The notes under the pieces were generated by a model, which worked only from the letters and a program-made list of their open reading frames with translations, searched no databases and was not told the DNA's origin. Positions 1 to 10,030 of a stretch of DNA of 64,000 bases are shown piece after piece. Source of the DNA: Chitinophagaceae bacterium (GTDB taxonomy: Bacteria; Bacteroidota; Bacteroidia; Chitinophagales; Chitinophagaceae); the NCBI GenBank assembly GCA_041743125.1, contig JBGTNK010000025.1, forward strand, positions 5,969 to 69,968, read 5' to 3'. The first letter of the stretch is position 1. Each line of letters starts with the position of its first letter. The translations under genes were made by a program, and so were the position numbers.

Positions 1-1039
1 CAAATATCCATCCCTTTGTTCCTTCAAACTTTACTCCATTTGGCAACTCATTACTTACGATCATTTTTACACCGTTGGCATATAAGGCTTCTGTTGTAAA
101 TACCCCGTGAACATTCCAAAGGCCGTTGGTTGCAAACTCCGCATTTTTACTCCATATTTCAACCGGGCCTCTCCGCTCCATGCCCATACCCCAATGTGCT
201 GAATCAATATGATGTGCACCCCATCCCGTTATCATACCGGCGCCAAACTGTTCACAACGAAGCCAGCCCGGGCGGCCATATCCCTCCTGCGGATGCACTC
301 TTTCTTCTGTATAATAAACTTCCGGTGTAGAGGCAAGCCACATATCATAATTTAAATTTTTGGGAACCGGCATTTCTTTTTTATCGCCGCCGGGAGGATC
401 GCCGGGCAAGCCAACATAAACCGTTTTTAGATCTCCTATTCTTCCGTTGCGCACCAACTCCGCAGCATACCGAAATTGTTCACTGCTTCGCTGCTGGCTG
501 CCGATCTGAAATTTTACTCCGCTTTCTTGCACCACATCACTTATAATTCTTCCTTCTCTTATTGTTAACGAGGCGGGTTTTTGCATATAAATATGTTTGC
601 CTGCTCTTGCCGCTGCTACGCCAATCATGGCATGTGTATGATCAGGCGTACTGATGAGAACGGCATCAATATCTTTATTTCGAATCAGGTCATGATAGTC
701 GTGATACACTTTTACGCCATCATATGGTTTGCCTTCCCGCTTGCTATAATATTCATTCACCAATATCCTGCCTTCTTCTGCTCTTTTGGTATCGAGATCA
801 CAAACAGCTATAACCTGTGCCGCATCATGACGCCAGGTGCCGGGCAGATCATGAATACGTGAAATGCGACCAACACCAATTGCGCCGATATTTATCCGGT
901 TGCTGGGCGCATTTTTTCCAAACACACTGGCAGGAACAATAGATGGAAAACCCAGGGCAATAGAAGTTCCTATTGCTGTTTTCACAGAATTACCGAGGAA
1001 ATCCCGGCGGCTGATGGTTGATTGCTTTTTCTTTTTCAT
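1..1039 (-). CDS. Gfo/Idh/MocA family oxidoreductase with twin-arginine (Tat) signal; 3' end runs off the window
   Basis: Not in the ORF track. Translating by hand from ATG at 1039 gives MKKKKQSTISRRDFLGNSVK...APSNRINIGAIGVGRIS (SRRDFL Tat motif, then a Rossmann motif). The same frame at the window start reads SNELPNGVKFEGTKGWIF, typical of this family's C-terminal region. Only the two ends were translated. Confidence 0.85.
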   Translation of the reverse strand, partial: MKKKKQSTISRRDFLGNSVKTAIGTSIALGFPSIVPASVFGKNAPSNRINIGAIGVGRISRIHDLPGTWRHDAAQVIAVCDLDTKRAEEGRILVNEYYSKREGKPYDGVKVYHDYHDLIRNKDIDAVLISTPDHTHAMIGVAAARAGKHIYMQKPASLTIREGRIISDVVQESGVKFQIGSQQRSSEQFRYAAELVRNGRIGDLKTVYVGLPGDPPGGDKKEMPVPKNLNYDMWLASTPEVYYTEERVHPQEGYGRPGWLRCEQFGAGMITGWGAHHIDSAHWGMGMERRGPVEIWSKNAEFATNGLWNVHGVFTTEALYANGVKMIVSNELPNGVKFEGTKGWIF

Positions 1040-1080
1040 CCTGGTAAATTTTTATGAATGATATTTTTTTCAGAATAATT

Positions 1081-2343
1081 TTATTTAGAAATTTTTATTG
1101 AAGGAGGAGTTGCAAAATACTGCCATGCATGCTCTGCCTTAGCTGCATCAAATTTTCCATTGAATACAAGGAGGCGATATTGCAGGTGGTAGGTCTTCCC
1201 GGGTTCCAATAACCAATCTTTATCTTTTGTGGTGGCAAAATTGGCGAACATATCACCACGGCCACCGTTGGCATTTTGATCCCATATCCTTAATGGTTCG
1301 GGATGGTTATAATTCTCCGGGTTCGACATCATCACCAAACCACCATAATCATTTCCCAGGTTGCCCTGCACCATGATCCATCTTCCTTTTGTTCCATCGG
1401 TTGTTTTCCTGTCCTTCCCTTCAGAGGTCAGCACTTCACAATTATCTTTTGTCCATTCCTCCGTAGCTCTCCATCCAAAACCGGCATAGCGGTATGCAAC
1501 GATCAGTAAAGGACTGGCTGTAGCACAAGTCAGTTTCGAACTGATGTCCACGATATAATAATCATTCTCCTCATCGGGTTGATAAACTCTGACTTTCTGA
1601 ATTTCATTCAGAGCGACTTTTTCCGTTCCGCCTTTTTTAAATACCACATGCTCATGTAAAGCTTCAAATTCTGAATACACCGGTCCGTTTGTTTGTGAAA
1701 TAAATTTTGCAAACCGAACAGTACCCTTCTTTCCTCTTATATTCCAGAAGTCAACGGTATCTTTTTCATAAACGGTATGTGTCCACGGATTCCATATGCC
1801 ATAATGATGATAATGATCTTTGGGCTGAATGGCTGTAAGCACCTGGCCATGCGGAGTCCAGAGCGGGTGAATAAAGCCGCTGCGTTTATAATTGGTATCA
1901 ATTCCTGCCGGGGGATAAACGGTTTTATGAAAATAACTCAGCAGGCTTCTATTGTTTGCATTAATGACCAGGGCACCGTCTTTTTCTGTTGCCTTTACTT
2001 CGTCATATTTTTTGGGAACCGATTTTATTAATTGATAAGTATATTTTTTTCTTTCTCCATCCTGCCTGATCATCCATGATAAAGTTTTTTCATCCCCTGT
2101 TGAAACCTGGAAAGGAATTGGCGTTTTTTTATTTCCATTTATTTCCACCAATGATAAAGAGGAACTACTGCCGGTACTATATTTATCCACTCTTACATTT
2201 ACCGGTACACCGATCTGATTTGTAGTTATTGGCAGGTTCACTTCAAAACTGCGCATCTCCTGTGCAAGGCAAGCAAAACCTGACCATAAAAACAAAAAAG
2301 CAATCCAAACATATTTTATCATGTCATTTTTTTTAAAGGTCAT
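1081..2343 (-). CDS. DUF6807 / 'PmoA family'-like secreted protein of unknown function
   Basis: Signal-peptide-like N-terminus; motif RSGFIHPLWTPHG...PKDHYHHYGIW. Start overlaps the GH51 stop codon (ATGA at 2340-2343). Confidence 0.7.
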   Translation of the reverse strand: MTFKKNDMIKYVWIAFLFLWSGFACLAQEMRSFEVNLPITTNQIGVPVNVRVDKYSTGSSSSLSLVEINGNKKTPIPFQVSTGDEKTLSWMIRQDGERKKYTYQLIKSVPKKYDEVKATEKDGALVINANNRSLLSYFHKTVYPPAGIDTNYKRSGFIHPLWTPHGQVLTAIQPKDHYHHYGIWNPWTHTVYEKDTVDFWNIRGKKGTVRFAKFISQTNGPVYSEFEALHEHVVFKKGGTEKVALNEIQKVRVYQPDEENDYYIVDISSKLTCATASPLLIVAYRYAGFGWRATEEWTKDNCEVLTSEGKDRKTTDGTKGRWIMVQGNLGNDYGGLVMMSNPENYNHPEPLRIWDQNANGGRGDMFANFATTKDKDWLLEPGKTYHLQYRLLVFNGKFDAAKAEHAWQYFATPPSIKISK

Positions 2344-3890
2344 TTCAATGCCAGCACAACCACCGAGAACGGCGGAATCTTTACAGTCAATGTTGAATTT
2401 TTCATTGTAGCTCCCGAAAAATCAGATGGCACTATTTTACCAGGGTTTTCAAAACTGTTGTAGTCCTGAATTTTTCCGGAGGTCAGCATTCTGCCGGTCA
2501 TTGTTTTATAGTTAGCCCCAATGGTGTTAATTACGACTTCCTGTTGTTTAGAGGCATCAATATTCACCAGGGATATATGTGTTACGCCATTTTTATCTCT
2601 TGATGCAGAAGCAGAAACGGCCGGTAGCTTTTCATTTCCTAATTGATAATCGTGGCTGGTTAAATTGACGGGCAGCATGGTTGCATCCTGGTGAACGTTG
2701 TACATCTCCATCACATGATAAGTAGGCGTTAAGATCATTTTTTCTTCACGGGTCAAAATCACCGCCTGCAACACATTGATGATCTGGGCCAGGTTAGCCA
2801 TCTTTACCCTGTCACAATGATTATTGAAAATATTCAACGTACATCCGGCGATCATGGCATCTCTCATGGTATTTTGCTGAAAGAGGAATGCCCCGTTAGT
2901 GCCGGGCTCTACATCATACCATCCTCCCCATTCATCAACTGCAAGAGATTTTGTCTTTTGCGGATCATATTTGTCCATGATAGCACTATGCCTGGTTATC
3001 AATTCTTCCATCTGCAAGGCTCTTTTCATTGTGGTGAAATATTCCTGTTCTGAAAATTGCGTGGAGGGCCCTTTTTTGCTCCAGTCAATAACAGAATAAT
3101 GGTGAAGACCTAATGCATCAAACATAGCAGGGGGCAATTCTTTCATCAATACTTCGGTCCAGTGATAATCATCATCAGAGGCCCCAGATGCAATACGGTA
3201 TATCTTGTCCGAGTTGTTCCCGTTGGTCATAAAAGTGGCATACTGCCTGTAAATATTTGCATAGTATTCCACTTTCATATTTCCACCGCAACCCCAGGCT
3301 TCATTGCCAAGCCCCCAATATTTCACATGCCATGGATTTGGCCTGCCATTGGCTTGTCTCAAATCTGTCATCGGGCTGCTATTGTTTGGATGTGTTGTGT
3401 ACTTTATCCAGTCTGCTAATTCCTGTGGCGTTCCACTTCCTACATTTCCGCTCAGGTAGGGTTCAGCTCCCAGCAATTCACACATATTTAAAAATTCATT
3501 GGTTCCAAAGCTGTTATCCTCTTTTACATTGCCCCACCATATATTAAGCATAGAGGGTCTTTCCTTTTTCGGACCCACACCATCTCTCCAATGATAAGTA
3601 TCTGCAAAGCATCCGCCGGGCCAGCGAAGCACAGGCACCTTTAACTTTTTCAACGCATCAATTACATCCAATCTTACTCCATCCTTATGCGGAATGGTCC
3701 GGTTACTTTCACCCACATAAAAACCACCGTAAATACAATGGCCCAGGTGCTCTGCAAAATGACCATAGATGTTTTTATTGATCGTATCCTTTCCGCCGGC
3801 GGCATTTAATACCAGCATGTTTTGAGCAGGTAAACCAGCTGATGCCACAATACAAAGAAATAGCAGACCTGTTTTTAATTTTCTCTTCAT
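2340..3890 (-). CDS. abfA: GH51 alpha-L-arabinofuranosidase
   Basis: Motifs IYGHFAEHLG, LRWPGGCFAD, WGLGNEAWGCGG, VDEWGGW, MANLAQIINVLQ; signal peptide. Confidence 0.93.
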   Translation of the reverse strand: MKRKLKTGLLFLCIVASAGLPAQNMLVLNAAGGKDTINKNIYGHFAEHLGHCIYGGFYVGESNRTIPHKDGVRLDVIDALKKLKVPVLRWPGGCFADTYHWRDGVGPKKERPSMLNIWWGNVKEDNSFGTNEFLNMCELLGAEPYLSGNVGSGTPQELADWIKYTTHPNNSSPMTDLRQANGRPNPWHVKYWGLGNEAWGCGGNMKVEYYANIYRQYATFMTNGNNSDKIYRIASGASDDDYHWTEVLMKELPPAMFDALGLHHYSVIDWSKKGPSTQFSEQEYFTTMKRALQMEELITRHSAIMDKYDPQKTKSLAVDEWGGWYDVEPGTNGAFLFQQNTMRDAMIAGCTLNIFNNHCDRVKMANLAQIINVLQAVILTREEKMILTPTYHVMEMYNVHQDATMLPVNLTSHDYQLGNEKLPAVSASASRDKNGVTHISLVNIDASKQQEVVINTIGANYKTMTGRMLTSGKIQDYNSFENPGKIVPSDFSGATMKNSTLTVKIPPFSVVVLALK

Positions 3891-3927
3891 AACACAATTT
3901 TTAAATAATTCCGATTAATTTTTTTTA

Positions 3928-5028
3928 CTATTCTGATTTAAATGATGACACCGTCTGAATCGATCCATCATCATTATATTTCAATTCCATCACTTTTACA
4001 TTGCGTAAATGGGTTTTGCCTGATAACTGAACATCGTGGTAAAATATATACCACTTGCCGCTGATCTCCACAATAGAATGATGATTGGTCCACCCCTCAA
4101 CCGGGTTTAAAACCACACCCTGGTATGTAAAGGGCCCGTAGGGATTATCACCTATTGCATAGTTGATAAAGTGAGTGTCGCCGGTGGAATAGGAGAAATA
4201 ATATTTACCGTTGTATTTATGCATCCAGGCTGCTTCAAAGAATCTTTTGTCATTATGTTTTTCTGTAAATAATTTTCCGTCCTTATCAACGAGCTTGATT
4301 TCTTTTACGGGTTCAGCAAAACTTTTCATGTCAGCATTCAATTTCGCCATTCGGGGCAAAACGGCTTGCTCATCCGGCCGGCGGTTTTTTGCAGAGTCAT
4401 CATACTTATTATTATTCCAGCGTTGCAACTGGCCACCCCAGATACCTCCGAAGTATATATAAAATTTTCCATCATCATCCCTGAATACACAGGGGTCAAT
4501 GCTATAACTATTTTTTATTGGTTCTTTTTCTGCTATGAAAGGTCCTTCAGGTTTATCACTGACAGCAACGCCAACCTGGAAAACATCTTTCTTATTTTTT
4601 GCCGGGAAATACAGGTAATACTTCCCGTTGGCATAAGCGGCATCCGGCGCCCACAATTGCCTTCCGGCCCAGGCCACATTTTTTATATCCAATGCTACAC
4701 CATGATCAGTAACCGGTCCGCCAATAGAATCCAGGGAAAGAATATGATAGTCCCTCATATCAAAATGACCGCCCAGGTCATCCTCTTTGGTTCCGGTAGC
4801 TGTGTCATGCGAAGGATAAATATAAATGCGGTTGTTAAACACATGCGCTGAGGGGTCAGCAGTATAAATATGTGAAACCAGTGGTTGAGAAGAAGGTTCC
4901 TTTTTATTTTCCGTAACCGTTTTGTCTCCCTGCTCAGATGCTGTTGTTTCATTATCGTTGCAGCCGAAAGAAATAGCTGATACTACAATGGCCGCTAATA
5001 TTCTTTTCTGCATGTTGATCAATTCCAT
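3928..5028 (-). CDS. GH43 beta-xylosidase/alpha-L-arabinofuranosidase (GH43_1-like), lipoprotein
   Basis: Motifs HIYTADPSAHVF, WAPDAA, SIDP, RFFEAAWMHK, WTNHHS; lipobox-like SFGC. Confidence 0.9.
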   Translation of the reverse strand: MELINMQKRILAAIVVSAISFGCNDNETTASEQGDKTVTENKKEPSSQPLVSHIYTADPSAHVFNNRIYIYPSHDTATGTKEDDLGGHFDMRDYHILSLDSIGGPVTDHGVALDIKNVAWAGRQLWAPDAAYANGKYYLYFPAKNKKDVFQVGVAVSDKPEGPFIAEKEPIKNSYSIDPCVFRDDDGKFYIYFGGIWGGQLQRWNNNKYDDSAKNRRPDEQAVLPRMAKLNADMKSFAEPVKEIKLVDKDGKLFTEKHNDKRFFEAAWMHKYNGKYYFSYSTGDTHFINYAIGDNPYGPFTYQGVVLNPVEGWTNHHSIVEISGKWYIFYHDVQLSGKTHLRNVKVMELKYNDDGSIQTVSSFKSE

Positions 5029-5158
5029 AGCTGATTATTTTGTTGATTGAATGAATTCATTTTTAAATGTGTACACAGAATAGAAAAAATTACAATCGCA
5101 GGAATCAAATTGATAAGCTATTGTTGCCACAGCACAATAATGATGAACCTTTCCTTTA

Positions 5159-8100
5159 TTATCTTTTTCTCCCTAAAAACACCCGGAGCATATCATTATT
5201 TGAACTTACCACTAAAGCCCAGGCATTATTTATTCTTACTGGCTGTACATCCTTTACATTATACGGAACAAAAAACCCACTCTCTAAAGGTTTGAGGCTT
5301 TTAAATAAGTTGTTACCCAATCCCTTTAAAAACAATCCGGGAGATGCGTCAGCTGCTGTAGTCTCCACCTCTACATCGAATTTATTTCCTGCCATCACGA
5401 TATCCTTTATACCATCGTTATCGAAATCTTTAATTACAATTCCGTTTACCGTTGATAATTGCGCTTCAACAGGTAATTTTTTAATGATGAATTTGCCATT
5501 ATTATTTTCAAGAAGTACAGTAGAGAACATGCGGGCCTTGTAATGCATTGCGTTTTCTATATCCTGACCAAGAATCCCTTTCAGATCACTTTCGGCAAAT
5601 GATAAATAGGTTGGAAATTTTTTTGCAATGCCGGGAAACTGCTGGGATGTACATTCCCTTCCCCGAACAGGTACAACAATATTATCCAAATGCCTGGCTA
5701 AAAAAATATCGTTGGTTCCGTTGCCGTCAAAGTCTTTGGCATATACTTCAAACGGTTTTTCTGCATTCGCCTGGAATTTATAATTCATGCCCAGGTTACC
5801 GGCTACCAGGTCCATGTCACCGTCTCCATCTATATCATCAGCCACAACTTTGTTCCACCAACCCTCAGTATTTTCCAATCCATATTTTACCGAAGCGTCG
5901 TTCATTTTCCCATCAGCATATTCAAATACCATTAAGGGCATCCATTCGCCGGCCAAAATCAATTCCTGTTTTTGGTCACCATTCAAATCCGCCGCTAAGG
6001 CAGACTTTACCATGCCTGCAAGTGCAAGACCCCGAGCCAGCTCATTCGTTTTATCAATGAACTTTCCTTTTTCATTTACGAATAAATAGCTTCTTGCCGG
6101 CTTTGGATATTGGTGGGGCACCACCTCACCACCGCGGAAAATATCCATGTCGCCATCTCCATCAAGATCAAATGAAATAATACAGGATCCGCTGCTACCC
6201 GTTACCGGTAAGCTGGACCTGGAAAAATTCCCGTTACCATCATTCAGGTAAAGCCGGTCCTGGTAGAGACGGGAACCTTCATCAAATTCGCTACCGCCGC
6301 TTACAACATACAGATCGGCATCGCCGTCCCCTTCCGCATCAAAAAATTGTGTACCTACATCCTCATATTTTTTATCTGCTTCAAATAAGGGCAGGCTTTT
6401 CCTTCTCCATTTATTATTTTGCTGCACATATAAAACACCTGCCTGGCCTTTTGCGCCACCGACATAAAAATCTTCGAGCCCATCACCATTTATATCACCC
6501 GTGGCAATGAAAGGACCACTGCGGGAAAATTCATGTGGTAGTAATACCTGGTCTTCGTATTCATTATAAATATTTTCCTTGTGAACAAATGGCTGCGATA
6601 ACAAAGAAATTGTTGATTCAGTAAATTCGGGATGATAGCCATGAAAATTATTATTGCTAATGGCGGCATCGTTATAATTAATTTTGACTACCTGGTCAGT
6701 AGCAATATTCTGCATACCACTTTTCTTTCCATCGGGCCAGGCAATCACGATGCTATCAATTTTTTTTGTTTTCCCTACGCCAAAATGTATGATTGCTTCA
6801 TTGGAAGAAAGATAACCTCTTACTGTTTTTTGCTGAAAAAATTGCTGCAATCGGCCATCATAATACACAGACACTTTTGCCCCGATGCCATCAGAATTTT
6901 TTATAGGGCCTTCCAATTTTATTCTCAGGTAATGATTATCGCCAGAACCAACATTTTCATACAGTAATGCTTCCTCATCCAGGTTATTGATCACAAGATC
7001 AAGATCTCCGTCATTGTCAAAATCCGCCACTGCGGCTCCATTGGAGAAGGTGCTGTCTGTAAAACCCCAGCTTTCAGAAACATTTTCAAACCGGAGGTCT
7101 CCTTTGTTGCTAAAGAGATAGTTCCTGACTTTTATGGGTTCATATAAGGAAATGAAATCACTAAATCCTTTTGTAAAATATTCTTCTGTTGTAGAATATT
7201 TTGTGGCGCTCGCCTGCATATGCTGCCGTAATTTTTGATCTATGTCCCCATCAAATACATCCCGGCGGTAGCCATTCGCAACAAAAATGTCGCGAAAACC
7301 ATCATTATCAAAATCGGTTGCTAATGTACTCCAGCTCCACTCCGTTTTTGAGATACCTGCCAATTGAGCCACATCACTGAAGAACATATTTCCGTGGTTC
7401 AGGTGAAGTACGTTGTGCATATACTGTTTATGAAACCCACTATCTACAATGGCCCAAAAGCCCTGCACATCCATCCGGGGCATGGAAACTTTTGAACGTT
7501 TATAATTTTCGGGAAGCATTTCCATCACTAAAATATCTTCCAGGCCGTCGTTATTTACATCTGCTATATCAGCACCCATTGAAAACAGTGAATTGTGATT
7601 TGTTGCTTTTTTTATTTCATCTTTAAATGTTCCGTTCTTTTGGTTGATGTACAAATAATCATTGTCCGCATAGTCATTAGCAACATAAATATCCTGGAAA
7701 CCATCTCCATTCATATCGGCGGTAACCACTGACAGGGCATAACCAAAATTGTTTACAATACCTGCCTGTTTGCCGATCTCAATAAATTTATTATTATCAT
7801 TCAGGTAGATTTTGTCCCTTGCCACATCCGGCGGATCTTTTTTTCCAGAAACCATCCGGGATAAACCAAGAAAAAAAGAATCCGGCCGGTTAGTTATATA
7901 AACATCCAGGTCATTATCATTATCCAAATCGAAAAAAGATGCATGTATTGAATATCCCTTTTCATCAAGACCATATTCTTTTGCCTGTTCCTTAAAAGTC
8001 AGGTTACCCTGGTTAACATATAAAAGATTGGTTCTTTCGGTTTCTGTTTCCCCATATCCCCCTTTGCAAACATATATATCCGGAAATCCGTCGTTATTAA

Positions 8101-8503
8101 TATCTACAATCGTTACGCCGTTATCCCAGCCTTTCCCGCCGTCAACACCTGCTGCCTGAGTAATATCTTTAAATTTGAAATTGCCTTCGTTTATGTACAA
8201 TTTGTTTAGCACATCATTGCCCGTGAAGTAAATATCCTGCAGGCCATCTTGATTAAAATCACCAATACCTACACCGCCACCGTTATAAACATATGCGAAT
8301 TTGTCAAAAAAATTTTTTTCATAATTTTCAATCACCCTGTTATTAAATGTAATGCCGCTTGCGGAAGAAATAATTTTATTAAACACAGGTTTCGCTGCAT
8401 TTACATCTTTCTTTTCTTTTTTGCTGCAGGAAGGCAAAAAAAACAAGAATATTGCTGTGGTAACCGCAATGAAGAATAATATCAAATGTTTTTTTTCTGG
8501 CAT
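5159..8503 (-). CDS. FG-GAP/VCBS-repeat lipoprotein with central ASPIC/UnbV domain
   Basis: Lipobox LPSC. About 14 DxDxDG(D)-type repeats in two sets of 7, flanking a GIGAKVSV...GYLSSNEAIIHFGVG ASPIC/UnbV segment. Confidence 0.88.
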   Translation of the reverse strand: MPEKKHLILFFIAVTTAIFLFFLPSCSKKEKKDVNAAKPVFNKIISSASGITFNNRVIENYEKNFFDKFAYVYNGGGVGIGDFNQDGLQDIYFTGNDVLNKLYINEGNFKFKDITQAAGVDGGKGWDNGVTIVDINNDGFPDIYVCKGGYGETETERTNLLYVNQGNLTFKEQAKEYGLDEKGYSIHASFFDLDNDNDLDVYITNRPDSFFLGLSRMVSGKKDPPDVARDKIYLNDNNKFIEIGKQAGIVNNFGYALSVVTADMNGDGFQDIYVANDYADNDYLYINQKNGTFKDEIKKATNHNSLFSMGADIADVNNDGLEDILVMEMLPENYKRSKVSMPRMDVQGFWAIVDSGFHKQYMHNVLHLNHGNMFFSDVAQLAGISKTEWSWSTLATDFDNDGFRDIFVANGYRRDVFDGDIDQKLRQHMQASATKYSTTEEYFTKGFSDFISLYEPIKVRNYLFSNKGDLRFENVSESWGFTDSTFSNGAAVADFDNDGDLDLVINNLDEEALLYENVGSGDNHYLRIKLEGPIKNSDGIGAKVSVYYDGRLQQFFQQKTVRGYLSSNEAIIHFGVGKTKKIDSIVIAWPDGKKSGMQNIATDQVVKINYNDAAISNNNFHGYHPEFTESTISLLSQPFVHKENIYNEYEDQVLLPHEFSRSGPFIATGDINGDGLEDFYVGGAKGQAGVLYVQQNNKWRRKSLPLFEADKKYEDVGTQFFDAEGDGDADLYVVSGGSEFDEGSRLYQDRLYLNDGNGNFSRSSLPVTGSSGSCIISFDLDGDGDMDIFRGGEVVPHQYPKPARSYLFVNEKGKFIDKTNELARGLALAGMVKSALAADLNGDQKQELILAGEWMPLMVFEYADGKMNDASVKYGLENTEGWWNKVVADDIDGDGDMDLVAGNLGMNYKFQANAEKPFEVYAKDFDGNGTNDIFLARHLDNIVVPVRGRECTSQQFPGIAKKFPTYLSFAESDLKGILGQDIENAMHYKARMFSTVLLENNNGKFIIKKLPVEAQLSTVNGIVIKDFDNDGIKDIVMAGNKFDVEVETTAADASPGLFLKGLGNNLFKSLKPLESGFFVPYNVKDVQPVRINNAWALVVSSNNDMLRVFLGRKR

Positions 8504-8766
8504 GAACCTTCGTTTAAATACTGCATACGCATGGAGATAAACTGTTTTTCCCTTTCCATACTACCTTATCTTACTTATAGCCGGATTGATCCGGTATAAA
8601 AAGAACGGAATAAAAGGATCTATATTAATTTAAAAGTTAAAACTGAAATTCACCCTGTAATCATATCCAGGACCCGCTTGTTAAAAATTTTCAGGTCACC
8701 ATGCAAAATGTATTTTGCCTATCCATTGATTTGTATTTTATTTAAAAAATTTTCGTTTAACACTGA

Positions 8767-9933
8767 TCAGCCCAGGCTTTTGCTTATTCCCAATTCAAGT
8801 CCCCGCAATTCGGCAAGACCCTTAAGTCTTCCTATAGCAGAATAACCCGGGTACGTTTTTTTATTCAGGTCATCGAGCATCTGGTGTCCATGATCAGGTC
8901 GCATAGGGATAGAAATTTTTCTCCGGTTTTGCAGCAAAACAATTTCCTTAACTACGCCATACATATCTGTATCCCCGGTAAGGTGATCTGCTTCATAAAA
9001 ATTTCCTTCTGCATCCCTGCTGGTATTCCGCAAGTGCAGGAAGTGTATGTTATCCCCAAATCGTTTTACCATTTTTATAAGATCATTATCGGGCCGGGCA
9101 CCAAAAGAACCTGTACAAAAACACAGACCATTAGCCGGAGATACGGCTGCATTTAATAAATCCGCTGCATCCTGTTCTGTACTTACAATCCTGGGTAAGC
9201 CCAGTACAGGAAAGGGTGGATCATCCGGATGAATGGCCATTTTTAATCCGTGTTCCTCAGCTACCGGAACTACCTGTTGCAGAAAATAAAAAAGATGTTG
9301 CTTAAGTTTTCCAGCATCTATCCCTTCATATGTTTTTAATGCCGAAAGTATTTGCTCTTCAGTAAAGCGTTCCTCACTCCCCGGTAAACCCAATAAGGCA
9401 TTTCTATATAATGTTTCCACATCTTCCTCTGTCATGGATGCTAACCGTTCTTTCGCCTTACTGATCTCAGCTGGAGAGTAATCTTTTTCTGCACCAGGCC
9501 TTTTAAGTAAGAGAACGTCAAAGGCAACAAATGCCGATCGTTCAAATCGCAGCGCCTTGCTTCCATCCGCAAGGGTATAAGAAATTTCTGTGCGCATCCA
9601 ATCCAGAATGGGCATGAAATTATAGGTCACTACTTTCAGGTTGCATTGAGCAACATTTTGCAAACTTTGTTTATAGTTTTCAATATACCGGGGGTATTCA
9701 CCGGTTTGCTTTTTAATATCTTCATGAACCGGCAGGCTCTCTATTACTGTCCATGTCATGCCGGCTGCCTCCACCAGTGATTTTCTTTTATTGATCTCCT
9801 CTACGGTCCAAATTGCTCCCACGGGGATATGATGCAGCGCTGTGACAACCCCTGTGCATCCGGCTTGTCTTATTTCAGATAAACTAACCGGATCATCGGG
9901 CCCAAACCACCGCATCGTTTGTTCCATTAACAT
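8767..9933 (-). CDS. uxuA: Mannonate dehydratase
   Basis: Motifs [44 protein letters not shown] at 9933 preferred over the track's TTG at 9954. Confidence 0.95.
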   Translation of the reverse strand: MLMEQTMRWFGPDDPVSLSEIRQAGCTGVVTALHHIPVGAIWTVEEINKRKSLVEAAGMTWTVIESLPVHEDIKKQTGEYPRYIENYKQSLQNVAQCNLKVVTYNFMPILDWMRTEISYTLADGSKALRFERSAFVAFDVLLLKRPGAEKDYSPAEISKAKERLASMTEEDVETLYRNALLGLPGSEERFTEEQILSALKTYEGIDAGKLKQHLFYFLQQVVPVAEEHGLKMAIHPDDPPFPVLGLPRIVSTEQDAADLLNAAVSPANGLCFCTGSFGARPDNDLIKMVKRFGDNIHFLHLRNTSRDAEGNFYEADHLTGDTDMYGVVKEIVLLQNRRKISIPMRPDHGHQMLDDLNKKTYPGYSAIGRLKGLAELRGLELGISKSLG

Positions 9934-10030
9934 ATTGCTTTCTGTTTTTATCAATCAAAACATTTTATCCGGAGGGACAAAAATTTATAATTATGTATTG
10001 CTTTTTCTTGATTCAATTGCTTAATTTTTT

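Noticed and set aside
1081-2343. Methane monooxygenase implied by the 'PmoA family' label
   Set aside because: The protein is soluble and secreted, lacks multi-TM character and has no pmoB/pmoC neighbours; the label is a database naming artefact.
5085-5105. Operator-like half-site TTACAATCG upstream of the GH43 gene
   Set aside because: Only one half matches; too weak in AT-rich DNA.
5159-8503. CRISPR-like or tandem DNA repeat array
   Set aside because: The periodicity is at protein level only (FG-GAP blades); no exact nucleotide repeats with spacers were seen here or elsewhere in the window.
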